64,000 nt of DNA from Eledone cirrhosa (GCA_964016885.1 CAXHJY010000693.1:1-64000), one strand, 5' to 3'. Shown: positions 13,236 through 25,550, counted from the first letter of the stretch. The notes: generated by a model from the sequence alone, not told the origin. A program made the numbers and translations.

Positions 13236-15043
13236 TTACCTCTCTGCGTCCCGGGTATCGGGCTGCATAATTTCCATTAGGGTGGGGGATGGGTTGTTGG
13301 GTGGGGTAGTGGTTTGTGGAAGTGTAGGGGCATCAGTGTGTTGTGTGGTTGGGGAGTTTGGAGTTGTGTGGGTGTTTGGGGAGGGGGTTGGGTAGTTTTT
13401 TAGGAGGACGCGGTTAATGGGCCCAACGCAGGGGGGACCCACCTCCTCTTTAAAGTTGTTTTTGAAAGTTTTATAGGTGTCCTGTGGGGCCTTAATCATT
13501 TTGAGGTGGGGGAAATCCCCTGCATGGGTGAAGTTAGGCCCTTGGGTTTTTATTAGATTGTTGTTGTACACAATGTTTAACAGTTTTTTTGTTTCTTGTG
13601 TTTATGTATGTGTATGCATGTTTTTGTTTTTTTTTGTGGTGTTTTTTGTTTGCTGTTGTTGTGAGCTCTTTTGTGTTGGTGTCAGTGTTATGTTTTGGGG
13701 AGGGTTGTTTTCATTTGTGTGTCTGAGGTGTGTTTTCTTTTTTTCTTTTGATTGTGTGGAAGTGCTCCTCCTCGTCTGACGACGAACTAGGGTCATCTTC
13801 TGCGTTGGAGGGGAGGGGTATATTTTCGGGTTGTGTTTGCGGTGCGGGTGTTTTGGAAATTATTTTTGTTTTTTGAGTGGAGGGGATGGGTTGGACATTG
13901 TTTTGTTTTGGTTTGAGCTGTGGTGGTTGTTTTTGTAGTGGTAGTTGTGGTGATTGTGTTGGCTGTGCAGTTGTTGATGGTGTAGGCAGGATTGGGGTTT
14001 TCTTATTAAGTTGGGGACAGACAGCCCTCAGGTGACCTCTGGTTCCGCAGAGGTAACACGAGGGCCGCCTACCCTCAACGGTAATGTTGATGAAGGTTAG
14101 ATCATCCAGTATGACGCGTTCAGGGATCTGGGCGATCCTTTCGGGCCTCATTTGAACTACAAGTTCGAGGCTCGTTCCACTGAACGCGTCACCCGATGCC
14201 TTTCCCATGGACACCAGCATGTCATCCTCCAGGTCCAGGAAACCTGTCAAAACCCACCATATGTCCATAATCGGCAGGATGGTGTGGATTTTTATTTTTT
14301 GTGTTCTTCTACCCATGTACGTAGGGTAGAAGGTGTATGCGGTGGATGTGATTGGTTTGATGGACAGTTTCACTGCTGTGTCCCTGTCCTTCATGAGAAT
14401 GGATAGACTCCCGTAGAGTCTATCTTTCTGAATGAAGGTGATGTCCTTCCTGACGTCTTTTAAAACCAGCTCTATCTCACTCTGTGATGGTTGAGCTGGT
14501 TTTTTGGTTTTATTCGAGATTGTCCTAAACATGACAGTGTTTAGGAGTATCTGGCTTTTTAGTTCCAGGGGGGAGGGGGGGGGGGGGATGGATTGTGAAT
14601 GAACCATTTTCTCCGTACACTATATATTTTTTGGCATCTGCCAGTAGCTCCTTCGCTTTGGTTATATCTACTGGCAGATAGTCGAGGGTTTTCCTTGCCG
14701 TCTCGGCGAAGGAGAAATGTTGTTTGTTTGTGTTGTTGTTGTCGTTGGTGGTGTTGTTGTTATCATTGTTGTTGTTGTCACAGTTATTGGTCTTGTTGTT
14801 GTTGTTATTGTTATTGGTGTTGTTTTCGTCCGTCGCATTGCTGTTGTTGTTGCTGTTGCTGGTGCCGCTGGTTCTTTGGGTTGTTGCCATGGCAACGTCA
14901 AGTTGTCGGTCAACAGCTGGAGAAAATCCTTCCTCTGGATGACCTTTCTTTTTGACCTCTGCTACTGTGACAGTGGCAGGGGGAAGCTGTAAGTTTATCT
15001 TCCCCTTTCCTCCTTCGAATTTTGGTGAAGAAGCTTCAGCCAT
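13236..15043 (-). pseudogene. Tx1 ORF1 (gag-like, CCHC knuckle), frameshifted
   Basis: CYLCGTRGHLRAVC; SFAE motif after poly-Asn; frameshift in the G-run near 14570-14587. Confidence 0.8.
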
Positions 15044-15771
15044 TTTAAAAAATGTTAACTTTTCAACAAAAAAACTTTTTTTGTTTAACTATTTCGCCTA
15101 AAGGCGTAGAATATTTTGAGAGACTGACCAGATCAAAGTTTGACCTGGCAGTCCCTCTACAAAATGGTACAAAAATTAAAGTTTACAGACAAGAATTTCT
15201 ATAGAAATTTAAACAGAACTTACTCAGCAAGTTATACGCGTGTGTCCATCCCAGAGATAGATAGATAGATAGATAGATATATAGATAAATATACACGGGT
15301 GTGTATGATTGTGTATAGAAGATTATATTAATAAGAGGAATTCCAACTTTGTCTGATTTACTCGTTTTATTTACAATCCTTTAACATTTATAATGGTATT
15401 ATAATGAAATAGTATGATAGAATATTAAATTCTAAGTGTTAATTGAACAAGTACTTTCATGCTTTCGCAATCTTCAGGTTCATAATATGTGGTGACAGTC
15501 AAGTTTGCAATTTTCAACTGTAATGAGATGGGTAAATTTTGTACCTTATATACAGTGAAAAGTGGCTCCAGAATGCCAAATCTTGCAAACTGTATTTCGA
15601 CCAATCGGTGTGTAGCTTCACTGAATTACTAAAGCTGATTGGTTTAAGCGTCACGGCTGATTGAGCATGTCTAACGACCAATAATTGATCATATCCAAAG
15701 CATCAATGGTTTTGCTATTTTTAGAAATGATGAAAATAGCATTTTCTAGTAATCATCACCATCAACATCAC

Positions 15772-15838
<67 letters not shown>

Positions 15839-16387
15839 AGTGGTCGTAGTCGACATGGTCGTAGTCATAGTCATAGTAGAAGTAATACCCCTAAGCGTTA
15901 TTATTGTTCATTTAGCCTCGGTTTGAATTTATCAATCAAATTCTTTTCTTTGATTTTTCTCTTGATTTCCAGGTTATGTAGAAACTTGTATATAATCCAT
16001 AGTTTTATACACAAGCCGGCTCTTATAAACTCATCAATGGATGCCTAATTAATAACGATATAAGAATTATATCGACATTAACAGAATGGTGATGGTCTCC
16101 CTCAGCGCTAAGAAGAGACTGGTAGATTAGAATCCAGCAGTCCTCCCAAAGAAAAAAAATATATATATATATAAACGAAGGAAGTGTAGTAAGGAACTGT
16201 CGAGATGTAGTTGTCAAAACGGCCGGAGTTCAGCCGTCGGGCTCCTGCCCTTTTACCTATTACCCACTCTACTACCCTAAGTAACGAGTACTCTGGTGCG
16301 TTATGGTCCACATGTTTCCTTACCACACTTTCATATATATATATATATATATATATGAATATATATATATATGAATATATATATATA

Positions 16388-16460
<73 letters not shown>

Positions 16461-16467
<7 letters not shown>

Positions 16468-17249
16468 AATAATGGAGCTGCGGCGTTGTAAATGGGTTAC
16501 ATATGAAAAAGTTTGTCCTTCATCAGTGGCCTTCCAACCGTCGTAGGCATTTCATCGCTATAAAGGCCATATACCTCAGGTTGGTGCGAGCAACGGCTAA
16601 AAAAGTCGTTGGGACACGTAAATAAAGGGGACGCTAGGGTAAACAAACAAAATGGTTTAAGCAACAGAAAGTGATGAAGAACGGGACAAGTCCCAGATTT
16701 CTATGAATATAAATTCGACGAAATCGTGAACGAGAGAATAAAGACCATCAAACCTGGTTGAAATGTGAGCAAGGAAGGAATTTCGCACAGGTCTAACGGG
16801 AGGAAGAAGAAGGGGTCTGGTCTGCGAATTCGGTAAACATAAGTTCTGTGAAGTAGCAGACGAGAGAGAGAGAGAGAGAGAAAAAAAATTCATACCGGCT
16901 TGGCCAAGAGCACGCGAGAAAAGGATTACGGACAGGTCAAACGGGAAGAAAGGGGAGGAGGAGAGGTAGTGACAGAGAATGAGTGAGTGAAAGGTGAGGA
17001 AGAGGCTAACAGAGAGAGAGAGACTGCTGGAAAGGGTAAAGATACAAAGAACGAAACAGACGGATAGCAGCAGAGGAAAAAATATGTGTAAATATGATAA
17101 TAATGGAGCTGCGGCGTTTCAAATGAATTACATATGAAAAAGTTTGTCCTTCATCAGTGGCCTTCCAACCGTCGTAGGCATTTCATCGCTTTAAAGGCCA
17201 TATACCTCAGGTTGGTGCGAGCAACGGCTAAAAAAAGTCGTTGGGACAC

Positions 17250-17252
<3 letters not shown>
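16461..17252 (-). mobile_element. Non-coding element with ~160-bp direct terminal repeats (period ~631 bp)
   Basis: 16461-16620 is repeated at 17092-17252; (TA)n flanks; diverged relative at ~56330-56780 (+). Confidence 0.7.
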
Positions 17253-17287
<35 letters not shown>

Positions 17288-17564
17288 CATTTCATTTCAT
17301 TTCATTTGAGTTTGAATCCATGCCCAGGCCAATTCGAAGACTCCACCCTCAGAGTCTGGTGTGGTTGCCAGGTTGGATTCTCTGTTTAATTTTGACATGT
17401 GTAGGAGCGAGTTTAGTCTGTTTGTGCTCGTTGTGTATATCCTGGGAGATGGGGTTCATCTCTAATGGTGCTTAAGTATCTATCCAGCTGCAATTTGAAT
17501 GATTCCACACTGCATCATGATAGATTTCTGACATGTACCGGAATGGAGTTGAATATATATATAT

Positions 17565-17776
17565 ATAACCAAATAGTAGAGAGGAAAAATATTTATTCAG
17601 TAGAAAATGCTGAAGAGATTCTTTCAGTATAATATCAAAACATTTATTTATTTATAAATTTATTAAATACGGAAATATCCACTCTATAAATAAATAAATA
17701 AATATTTTGATATTATACTGAAAGAATCTCTTCACCATTTTCTGCTGAAAAAATCTTTTTCCTCTCTGCTATTTGG

Positions 17777-17782
<6 letters not shown>
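17565..17782. repeat. Fold-back inverted repeat between (TA)n tracts
   Basis: ~90-bp arms (TAACCAAATAG..CTGAAGAGATTCTTTCAGTATAATATCAAAA) are inverted. Confidence 0.75.
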
Positions 17783-17859
<77 letters not shown>

Positions 17860-17864
<5 letters not shown>

Positions 17865-18075
17865 GGTTCAATCGGGTGTAACAACAGTAAGTAAGGTACT
17901 CAATACATAGCAGAGTATAAATATTTAATATAGAAGTGGCTTCTACAGAACTAGAACTGTTTCATTCGGGAGAAATCATCAGGAGAAATCATCAGGGCGT
18001 CCTGATGATTTCTCCCGAATGAAAGAATGAAATAGTTCTAGTCCTGTAGAAGCCATTTCCATATTAAATATATAT
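17860..18075. mobile_element. Short dispersed element with hammerhead-like core, inverted junction (relatives at 1-50, 27186-27320, 56090-56280, 62990-63045)
   Basis: CTGATGATTTCTCCCGAATGAAACAGTTCTAGTCCTGTAGAAGCC-like motif recurs; stems are weak. Confidence 0.55.
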
Positions 18076-18084
18076 ATATATATT

Positions 18085-18525
18085 TATTAAAATAACAGAT
18101 TAAAGTTTAAGCAAAGAATCTCTGCTTACCATTTACAAGGTTTTGTCTTTGTGTGCAATTGTTCTCACCGATCCATATAATGACGTATTATCTTCGTTTT
18201 TTCCGTTCATTGTCAGAGAACATCTCCATGAACCACCTAATAGAATATTAGTCTACGACTTCCTTTATACCATAAACATGGTTTTCTCTTTGCGTGTAAT
18301 TGTTTTCACCGGTCCAAATAATGACGTATTATCTTTTCCCGTTCTTTGCCAGGGAACGTTTCGACGAACCAAAGTATCGTCTTCCTCTCTTCCTCCGGTT
18401 GCAACGTTTTTTGAAATATTCACTTCTGCGTTCACAGATTTACTTTTTTAGTTTCAGAAGATCCCATTAAGAGTGAAAGCAGCGATTCTTTGCTTAAACT
18501 TTAATCTGTTATTTTAATAAATATT
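18085..18525. mobile_element. Element bounded by ~50-bp inverted repeats
   Basis: TTTATTAAAATAACAGATTAAAGTTTAAGCAAAGAATC is inverted at ~18484-18523; internal tandem duplication. Confidence 0.55.
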
Positions 18526-18789
18526 TGCTCTACGGTTCTTATATATTTGATATATATTTATCCTTATCGAGCCCTCTTTGGATTTTAGTCTTCAAATTTA
18601 TTTTTATTACTATTATTATTATAACTATTATTATTATTATTATTACAGTTGCATTTATCTTGCTTTATGTTCATACGAGTTATCACCAAGTCACAACCAG
18701 TGACCTCAAGAGACAACAAGGTCCGCCATGTTCAAGAAAGAACATACATATTCACACATGCATCTTTAGTGTTTAGACTTGTGATGTAC

Positions 18790-21426
18790 TTATATTGACA
18801 GAATCTTCCTTAGTATATGGGCAGTTCCCATTAGTACTATCTTTTGTATTTCTCCTATACGCGGGTTTCCTGGGATTTGCGATAAGTAGTCATTAGACCC
18901 CTTAGGTATCATTCCCAGAGCGCCTACAACCACTGGTATTATTTTAGTTCTCAATTTCCACATTTTTCCAATTTCTATCTCCAGGTCCTTATACTTGCTC
19001 AATTTTTCAAATGTTTTTATAGATACATTCTTGTCTATTGGAACAGACATATCAATTAGCAGGCATACTCTCTTTTGAAAGTCTTTCAATATTATATCAG
19101 GTCTATTTGCATCTATTTTTCGATCTGTTTGGATGCTAAAGTTCCACAAGATTGAGATGTGATCTTTTTCAAGTATGGGAGGTGGTTGATGCTCCCACCA
19201 ATTCTTTTGATGGGGCAGGTCAAAATGCTTACACATTATCCAATGTATGTATTGTGCAGCTCTGTCATGCCTGTTTAGGTATTCGGTTAGAGCTATAGGA
19301 CTGCACATTGAAATTATATGGTCAATGGTCTCTGGTTGTTTTTTGCATACACGGCATAATGGGCTGCACCCATTTTTTATTATGTTGGCTTGGTAATTTT
19401 TTGTTGGCAGACACTGATCTTGTGCCGATATAATCAGTCCTTCAGTCTCCGATTTCAGTCCAGAGGATGCCAACCACTGATGGGTTAAAGTTTTGTCAAC
19501 ATCAGGATTGTTAGCTCGCTCTGGGTATTTTCCATACAGAGGCTTTTCTTGCCATTTCTTAGCCAGTTTCTGTAGCAGTTCTTTCTTTGCAGTTACTTTT
19601 ACCTGCTTTGCTTTTTCTGTGTTTTCCATTTCAGCAGTAAATGGGACTTCTGAAATTTGTAGTCCATTACTGTATCTTTGTGCATCTTTTGTAATGGAAT
19701 ATGCTCTTTTGATGCTTTCGTGTTTCAAAACGGGTTTGATCATCCAATCATGTGATTCCCTTAGATATGTAGATAATCCAATTGTTGCAGTTTTCAACGC
19801 AATGTCTAACTGGATTAACCCACGTCCTCCTTCTTTCCTAGGGAGATATATTCTATCTATATCTGCCTTAGGGTGATGCATTCTGTGCATGGTTAAGAAT
19901 TTTCGAATTTTTGTATCGAGCCTACGGATCTCTGTGCTTGACCAGTTGATGACATTGTAACTGTAGGTTACTACTGGTATGGCAAGCGTGTTTATGGCAT
20001 CGATCCTATTCCTTGCATTCAATTCCGTTCTTAAGATTGCTCTTACTCTGCGGTAACATTCCTTCCTTATCCTTTCCCTCATTGTCGAGTGCTTGATTCC
20101 GTCTCCTTCACAAACACCTAGATATTTGTAAGTTTTTTCTTGATCAAGTTCTCTTATCACGTTCCCCCGATCAAGATTAATGTCTGAACTCTTCAGCAGC
20201 TTTCCTCTGGTGAACGTTGCTTTGGCGCATTTATCTAGTCCAAACTCCATTTTAATGTCATCACTGAACTGCTTCACAGTGGATAATAGCCCTTGCAATT
20301 GTTCATCATTTTTTGCAAATAGTTTCAGGTCATCCATGTAGAACAGGTGATTAATGGTTTTGTCATAGACTTTATATCCATGTTTTGTTTCATTGAGCAT
20401 TTTACTTAATGGTATAAGTGCGATGCAGAATAAAAGCGGTGATAAAGAGTCACCCTGAAAAATTCCACAATTAATATTAACTTCTCCAGCTTCCAGTGAT
20501 TTTGTTTCACTATTCAAAAGGAGTGTCGTTTTCCACGTCTTCATAGTGAATGACAAAAACCTCCTGACAACGGGGGATATTTTGAAAATCTCTAAACATT
20601 TTTCAATCCAACTGTGTGGCAAACTATCGAATGCTTTTTTATAATCTATCCAAGCAATCGATAGATTTTTGTGTCTATTATGACAATCTTCCAGTATCAT
20701 TTTGTTAACCAGAATCTGATCCTTACAGCCATATGAGCCTCGTTTACACCCTTTCTGCTCAATGGGAAATAGGTCATTTGTTATCAGGTGGTCATATGTG
20801 TATTCAGTTAGGACTGATGTTAAAATTTTATACATTGTGGTCAAGCAAGTTATCGGTCTGTAATTTCTGGGATTGTTTGTCTCATCATTCTTCGGAAGCA
20901 GGAATGTAATGCCGTTAACTAGCCATGATGGTATCTTTTCTGGCTCCTTAACTATTTCATTGTAAAGTTGGGCTAACAGCTCATGAGACTCTGTGAAGGC
21001 ATTTATCCAAAAGTTTTGTATTTTGTCTTTTCCTGGGGATTTCCATTTGCTGGTTTTTCTTAGAGCCAAGCGCAACTGTTCAACTGTTATATTTTCCCAT
21101 GTTTGTTCCTCAAGGTGAGCTATATCTTTCATTTGTCTGTCTATCCATGGGGCATGTATGTTATGAACTTTTTCTTCGGCCCAGATCTTTTCCCAGAATT
21201 CTTGCACTTCCTCCTTGGGTGGTGTTGATTTAACAGTTATTGTTGACTTACCAATTTTTCTGTAGAAGTTTCTTTGGTTGTTTTTGAACATATTATTGTC
21301 CTTATAGAATCTAGATCGTTTTTCAAAGCGCCTTATACGAGCAGCTTTGGCCGACACTTTTTGCTTGATTATTTCTATCAGCATGTCTATGTCACATGTT
21401 GATTTTATACTGTACTTTTTTTTCAA
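18790..21426 (-). CDS. RT, CCHC knuckle and PD-(D/E)xK endonuclease of the R4/Dong element
   Basis: NYRPITCL, WIDYKKAFDS, GIFQGDSLSPLLF, YMDDLKLF, GGRGL, CRVC..HIISMC, RHD, RPDI..LIDMSVP..K..KY. Confidence 0.92.
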   Translation of the reverse strand: MKKKYSIKSTCDIDMLIEIIKQKVSAKAARIRRFEKRSRFYKDNNMFKNNQRNFYRKIGKSTITVKSTPPKEEVQEFWEKIWAEEKVHNIHAPWIDRQMKDIAHLEEQTWENITVEQLRLALRKTSKWKSPGKDKIQNFWINAFTESHELLAQLYNEIVKEPEKIPSWLVNGITFLLPKNDETNNPRNYRPITCLTTMYKILTSVLTEYTYDHLITNDLFPIEQKGCKRGSYGCKDQILVNKMILEDCHNRHKNLSIAWIDYKKAFDSLPHSWIEKCLEIFKISPVVRRFLSFTMKTWKTTLLLNSETKSLEAGEVNINCGIFQGDSLSPLLFCIALIPLSKMLNETKHGYKVYDKTINHLFYMDDLKLFAKNDEQLQGLLSTVKQFSDDIKMEFGLDKCAKATFTRGKLLKSSDINLDRGNVIRELDQEKTYKYLGVCEGDGIKHSTMRERIRKECYRRVRAILRTELNARNRIDAINTLAIPVVTYSYNVINWSSTEIRRLDTKIRKFLTMHRMHHPKADIDRIYLPRKEGGRGLIQLDIALKTATIGLSTYLRESHDWMIKPVLKHESIKRAYSITKDAQRYSNGLQISEVPFTAEMENTEKAKQVKVTAKKELLQKLAKKWQEKPLYGKYPERANNPDVDKTLTHQWLASSGLKSETEGLIISAQDQCLPTKNYQANIIKNGCSPLCRVCKKQPETIDHIISMCSPIALTEYLNRHDRAAQYIHWIMCKHFDLPHQKNWWEHQPPPILEKDHISILWNFSIQTDRKIDANRPDIILKDFQKRVCLLIDMSVPIDKNVSIKTFEKLSKYKDLEIEIGKMWKLRTKIIPVVVGALGMIPKGSNDYLSQIPGNPRIGEIQKIVLMGTAHILRKILSI

Positions 21427-22442
21427 TTTTCTATAAGTTTAGTTTGTTTAACATGTTCACCTACTTTATAGTTTGTTAAAATTTCTATGTCAGATCGGAG
21501 AAGGTTTATTTGGCGATTGATGTTCTCTTGCCAAGTAGATTTCTTGTGGGAATTCCTTTGTTTTTTCATCTTCACTCCACATAAGTGAGTGGTGACTTTA
21601 GCCGATGCATAATAGGGATGATTTAAATCAGTAATGTTTAGTTTGTTTGTGATGATAATGTTTTTGAGAATTATGTTAGTCTTGTGTATTATCTTTTGGT
21701 TCTGTTTGGAGTTCTGGATCTTAGGGAGGGTGTCTCGTTGCCCCATGTCAGATTCTTTCATTTTCATCCATTCGATCATAATTTCATCCTTCAAGTTGGC
21801 AAGTTCATTCTCATTCATTTCTTTATCATTTACGATCTCATTATTTTCATTTGGAGTTTCATCCTGAGCATGCACTCCCTCCACTTTTTCGATCCTTTCT
21901 TTAATTTGTTCTGTTGCCAGTGATTCCGCCCCAACCATGGGGTTCGAAGTGTTACAGTTTACCTCGTTTTCACTGACACATGTTTCATTTTCCCTTCGCT
22001 GACTTTGTGCTAATAGCTTGATCTGATCAATTTCTATATCAGTTAGTAACTTTTTTCTTACAATATTTCTTCGTATATTGGCTAGTTTGTTACTGTCAAT
22101 ATAGCCTCTGTTTTCGGGATGTTTCTTTTTCCAGTTGATATATGTCTGTTCTGTATTCGATGTATTTGATGGGTAGTACATGGCAGTGTAGAAAGCCTCA
22201 AGGACTTCTTTATTATCTTCCCTTGACCATTTTTCTCTCTTTTTCTTTGGATTTCTTGGTGGTGAGCATAGAGGGCCAACAGTAGGAGTATTCCGGTTAT
22301 GGGAGGTTTCCAGCTCCGAAGTGATGGGAAGGTTTGAACCATTAGCTGATTTTTCGACCCCAGTCTGGTTCCTCTCTGAGGGACGCGGCCCTTTTTTACC
22401 CGAGTGACGGCCGATCCGGTATGAGATTTTATCATTAGACAT
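21423..22442 (-). CDS. N-terminal part of the R4/Dong ORF (split by one frameshift)
   Basis: KWSREDNKEVLEAFY Myb-like segment typical of R4 N-termini; abuts the RT ORF in the -1 frame. Confidence 0.75.
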   Translation of the reverse strand: MSNDKISYRIGRHSGKKGPRPSERNQTGVEKSANGSNLPITSELETSHNRNTPTVGPLCSPPRNPKKKREKWSREDNKEVLEAFYTAMYYPSNTSNTEQTYINWKKKHPENRGYIDSNKLANIRRNIVRKKLLTDIEIDQIKLLAQSQRRENETCVSENEVNCNTSNPMVGAESLATEQIKERIEKVEGVHAQDETPNENNEIVNDKEMNENELANLKDEIMIEWMKMKESDMGQRDTLPKIQNSKQNQKIIHKTNIILKNIIITNKLNITDLNHPYYASAKVTTHLCGVKMKKQRNSHKKSTWQENINRQINLLRSDIEILTNYKVGEHVKQTKLIEN

Positions 22443-23601
22443 TTACTTTATTTTGTCGCGTTTTATCCTTATCCGCCAAGGGGTAATCATTTCGTGTTAC
22501 CACTTCTAGAACGAGTGTCAACCAAGACTAGAGGGGTCGTTCTCCCCTAGAGACACGGCTATTCCCCGCCGGCCCCCATCCCGGTATTTCTTGGTCACGG
22601 GGTTTTCTTTTTGTTGTTTTTTTAAATTGTTATTATCATGAGTGGTTCCTTAATGTGAGCATTGCGTGGCTTAAGAATGAAATTATTAATAATTGTCTCC
22701 ACTCCAGGCACAAGGCCAGCAATCACCCAGTGCATTACAATAATATAATATACTTTTTGTTGTAGTTGGCTGTTATTGTTGTTGGCTATGTCGGTGGTGG
22801 TGCCGGGGCTTTTTATATTGTTGGTGAGGAAGGGGTGAGCCAGCAGTCCCATAGTTGTTGATGTTGACGTTTGGCCGGTGGCCAGGTCACTAAGTCAATC
22901 TATTTATATCTTTTGCTAGCCTCTCCCTTGTCTAGTGATACTGCCACCTTCCCCTTTCTCTCTCAAGTTAACAGGGGAATAGTGGTGGTAGCATTGAAGG
23001 AGTGGTGGCGGCGACGATGGGATAGTGGTAGCAATGATGGATGGGGTGGGGTGGTGGCAGCGGTGGCGTTGTGGTTACTGATATGTAGTATCTATGAGTT
23101 TGTGTTCGTATGTTTAATATATATTTTTATTATATTTTGTGTTGACATATTCCCGTAAAATTGGAATTAAACATTTTTTTAAAATTTGAGACAATAAAAA
23201 TAGTAATTATTATTATGATGCTGGTGAAATTGCCGTTATCTGGCTGTTATATTTAGTGTGATGGGATAGGTGGTGTATCAAGTTTCTGGTGTTGGTGAAA
23301 TTGCTGTTATTTGGCTGTTCTATATAGTGTAGACAGAGGGTGTTTTTTTCCCATTTATAACCATTTTCTTTTTTGAATACAAAATATATAATACAAAATT
23401 GAATATTTGAGCGATATAACAATATAATATGGATCCGAAACTTTATGGGACCTAAGAATTGTTATTTCACAATTGATTTAAATATGTTAAAAATCAAAAA
23501 CTTACGGGACCGATTTCATGACCTTCTACCACCTCGTGCGTCTTCTTCCCTTCTATTATTATTATTATTATCATTATTATTATTATTATTATTATTATTA
23601 C

Positions 23602-25550
23602 AATAAAATATTAAATAATAAATCACATCCTTCCAACACTGAGCGTTATAATAATAGCAGTAGTACTCCCGACGTCATTGTTAACTCTAGGCTAGATTCT
23701 GTAAACTTAAATACGACGTCAAACGTATCTTCGTTGAATGTTCATAATACCAATCTAAATCAGGAAACTATTATTCCTATCGTAAGTAACATCTCCAATC
23801 CAATTCCTTCTATAAATAACACTAGGTCACTTGTTAATAACTCTGTTAATTTCTCTAATCGTAATTGTAATTGCCCTGTTAGAACTAAATGTCCTCTTAA
23901 TAACCATTGTCTTGATAAAAACTTAGTCTATGAATGTAAGGTTATAACTGATACCAATTCCTTGACCTATTTCGGTTCCACCTCCACTTACTTCAAAGCA
24001 AATTTTATAATCACAATTCGTTTAGATACCATCTTAAAAGAACTAACACGGCACTCTCGGAACTCATATGGTCCTTGAAAGACAAAAATATTAACTATAA
24101 CATCTCTTGGAGGAAGGTTTGTTCTGCCTTTCCTTACCTGAATTGTTCCTTATCCAGAACATGTAATCTCTGCCTAGCCGAGAAATTTACCATTATATCT
24201 AATTTCAATTCTATAATAAATAGACGCACGGATTTATTTTCTCTCTGCTTGCATAAATTCCACAGAACATTCCATAAAGTATACAGTTAATATCTAATAC
24301 CTTACTAGTTTAAAATCCTTTTCTCAAAGTCTTATATATCTTTTACAAATATACCCATCTTTCTACTTTATTTCAATATTATTTATTATATATTATATAA
24401 TACAATTTACTCATTCTATATCATTCCTCTTTATCATTTTCCTTTCTTCCTTTTTTCTTTTTAATTTCTAACCTCTAATCTGTACTTTTTCTTCCCAACT
24501 ACTTCTCAATTCTTATTGTTACTCACCACAACATTATCCTTTATCCATCTTTCCTCATATCATTGGCCATAAAAATTTTTTTAAATACATTATAGTATTA
24601 CCATTAGAAGTCCTTCGTAAGCATATAATTTTTTGACGTTAGATTTTCTTCCTTAAATTTTTCTTATCTCCTCCATCCTTTCATGCTCGTTTTAAACTAC
24701 TACTTAATTTGACTTTTACACATTACAATACATAAAAAGAAACTTAAACCCTAACTAATTTCTTTTAATATATTATATTATTACCATTAGAAAATATTTC
24801 GTAAACATATATACTTTTTGACGTTAGATATTTTCTTCCTTAAACATTCTTTTCTTCTTTCCTTCCGCGCTCATTTTAAACAAACTATTTACGTACGCAT
24901 ATTACATTACATAAAAACAAACTTAAACCCTAACTAATTCCTCTAAATTCATAACTCATTCATTCTTCTCCTTCTTTCCACATTATATCCTTAATAACAT
25001 TAATATTTTTATTTTAATAATACATATTAATAAATTCTTTTCCTCGCACATATTATTAAACCCTTCAATATACAAACCTTAATTTAATACTATTCTTAAT
25101 TCCCTTTTCTTCATGCATAAACCTCATTAACTTTTAATTTCAAAATCTTTTAAATTATCTATTATCTTCCAACGGCTTTTTAATTTCTCTCTGTGAGACA
25201 ATATATATTTTTTCTCAGTTGTAAAGGCTATCTCTCTCTCTCTCTATCACCCATCTCTCCCCCTCTCTCATCCTTCCTTCTTATACTCCTCCCCCCCACC
25301 ATCCTTTACTCTCATCTCTTCTTCTTCCTTACCCTCCCCCCTCACTTTTTCCCAATCTCATACATCAATCTTAATTTATTTTTCATATGTTGATTTAAAA
25401 CTTCACTATTCACAAGTGTTTTTTAAGCTTCATATCATGTCTCCCTATTTTATCTGATGAGAACGCAGATATCATACCATGATGATATTTGTTTTTGAAA
25501 TGCGCATAATAAAATACTTGGAACTCTTTTAACCATCTTTTAATCTTATA
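23602..25550 (+). mobile_element. Second 5'-truncated copy of PLE family B
   Basis: Similar to 2240-4230, same GIY-YIG peptides; starts after (TAT)n and ends in (TA)n. Confidence 0.88.
25446..25516 (+). ncRNA. Type I hammerhead ribozyme of PLE family B
   Basis: TATTTTAT-CTGATGA..GAAA-TGCGCA-TA-ATAAAATA. Confidence 0.85.

Larger units (their letters stand above)
10000..15252 (-). mobile_element. Full-length decayed Tx1/L1-clade LINE
   Basis: ORF1 with zinc knuckle, APE-RT ORF2, 3' UTR ending AATAAAAGAAA; flanked by AGAGATAGATAGATAGATA at 9981-9999 and 15253-15271. Confidence 0.9.
18646..22605 (-). mobile_element. R4/Dong-clade non-LTR retrotransposon (RT + restriction-like endonuclease), near full length
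   Basis: Single long ORF in two pieces; 3' end runs into (TAA)n at 18606-18645; GC-rich 5' UTR. Confidence 0.88.

Noticed and set aside
15595-15690. CCAAT-box clusters as promoters (also ~46790-46830 and ~63640-63665)
   Set aside because: No linked gene or start site could be identified; may be repeat-internal.
21410-21441. Programmed -1 frameshift in the R4/Dong ORF
   Set aside because: No slippery heptamer before the stop; R4 elements normally have one ORF, so an indel is more likely.
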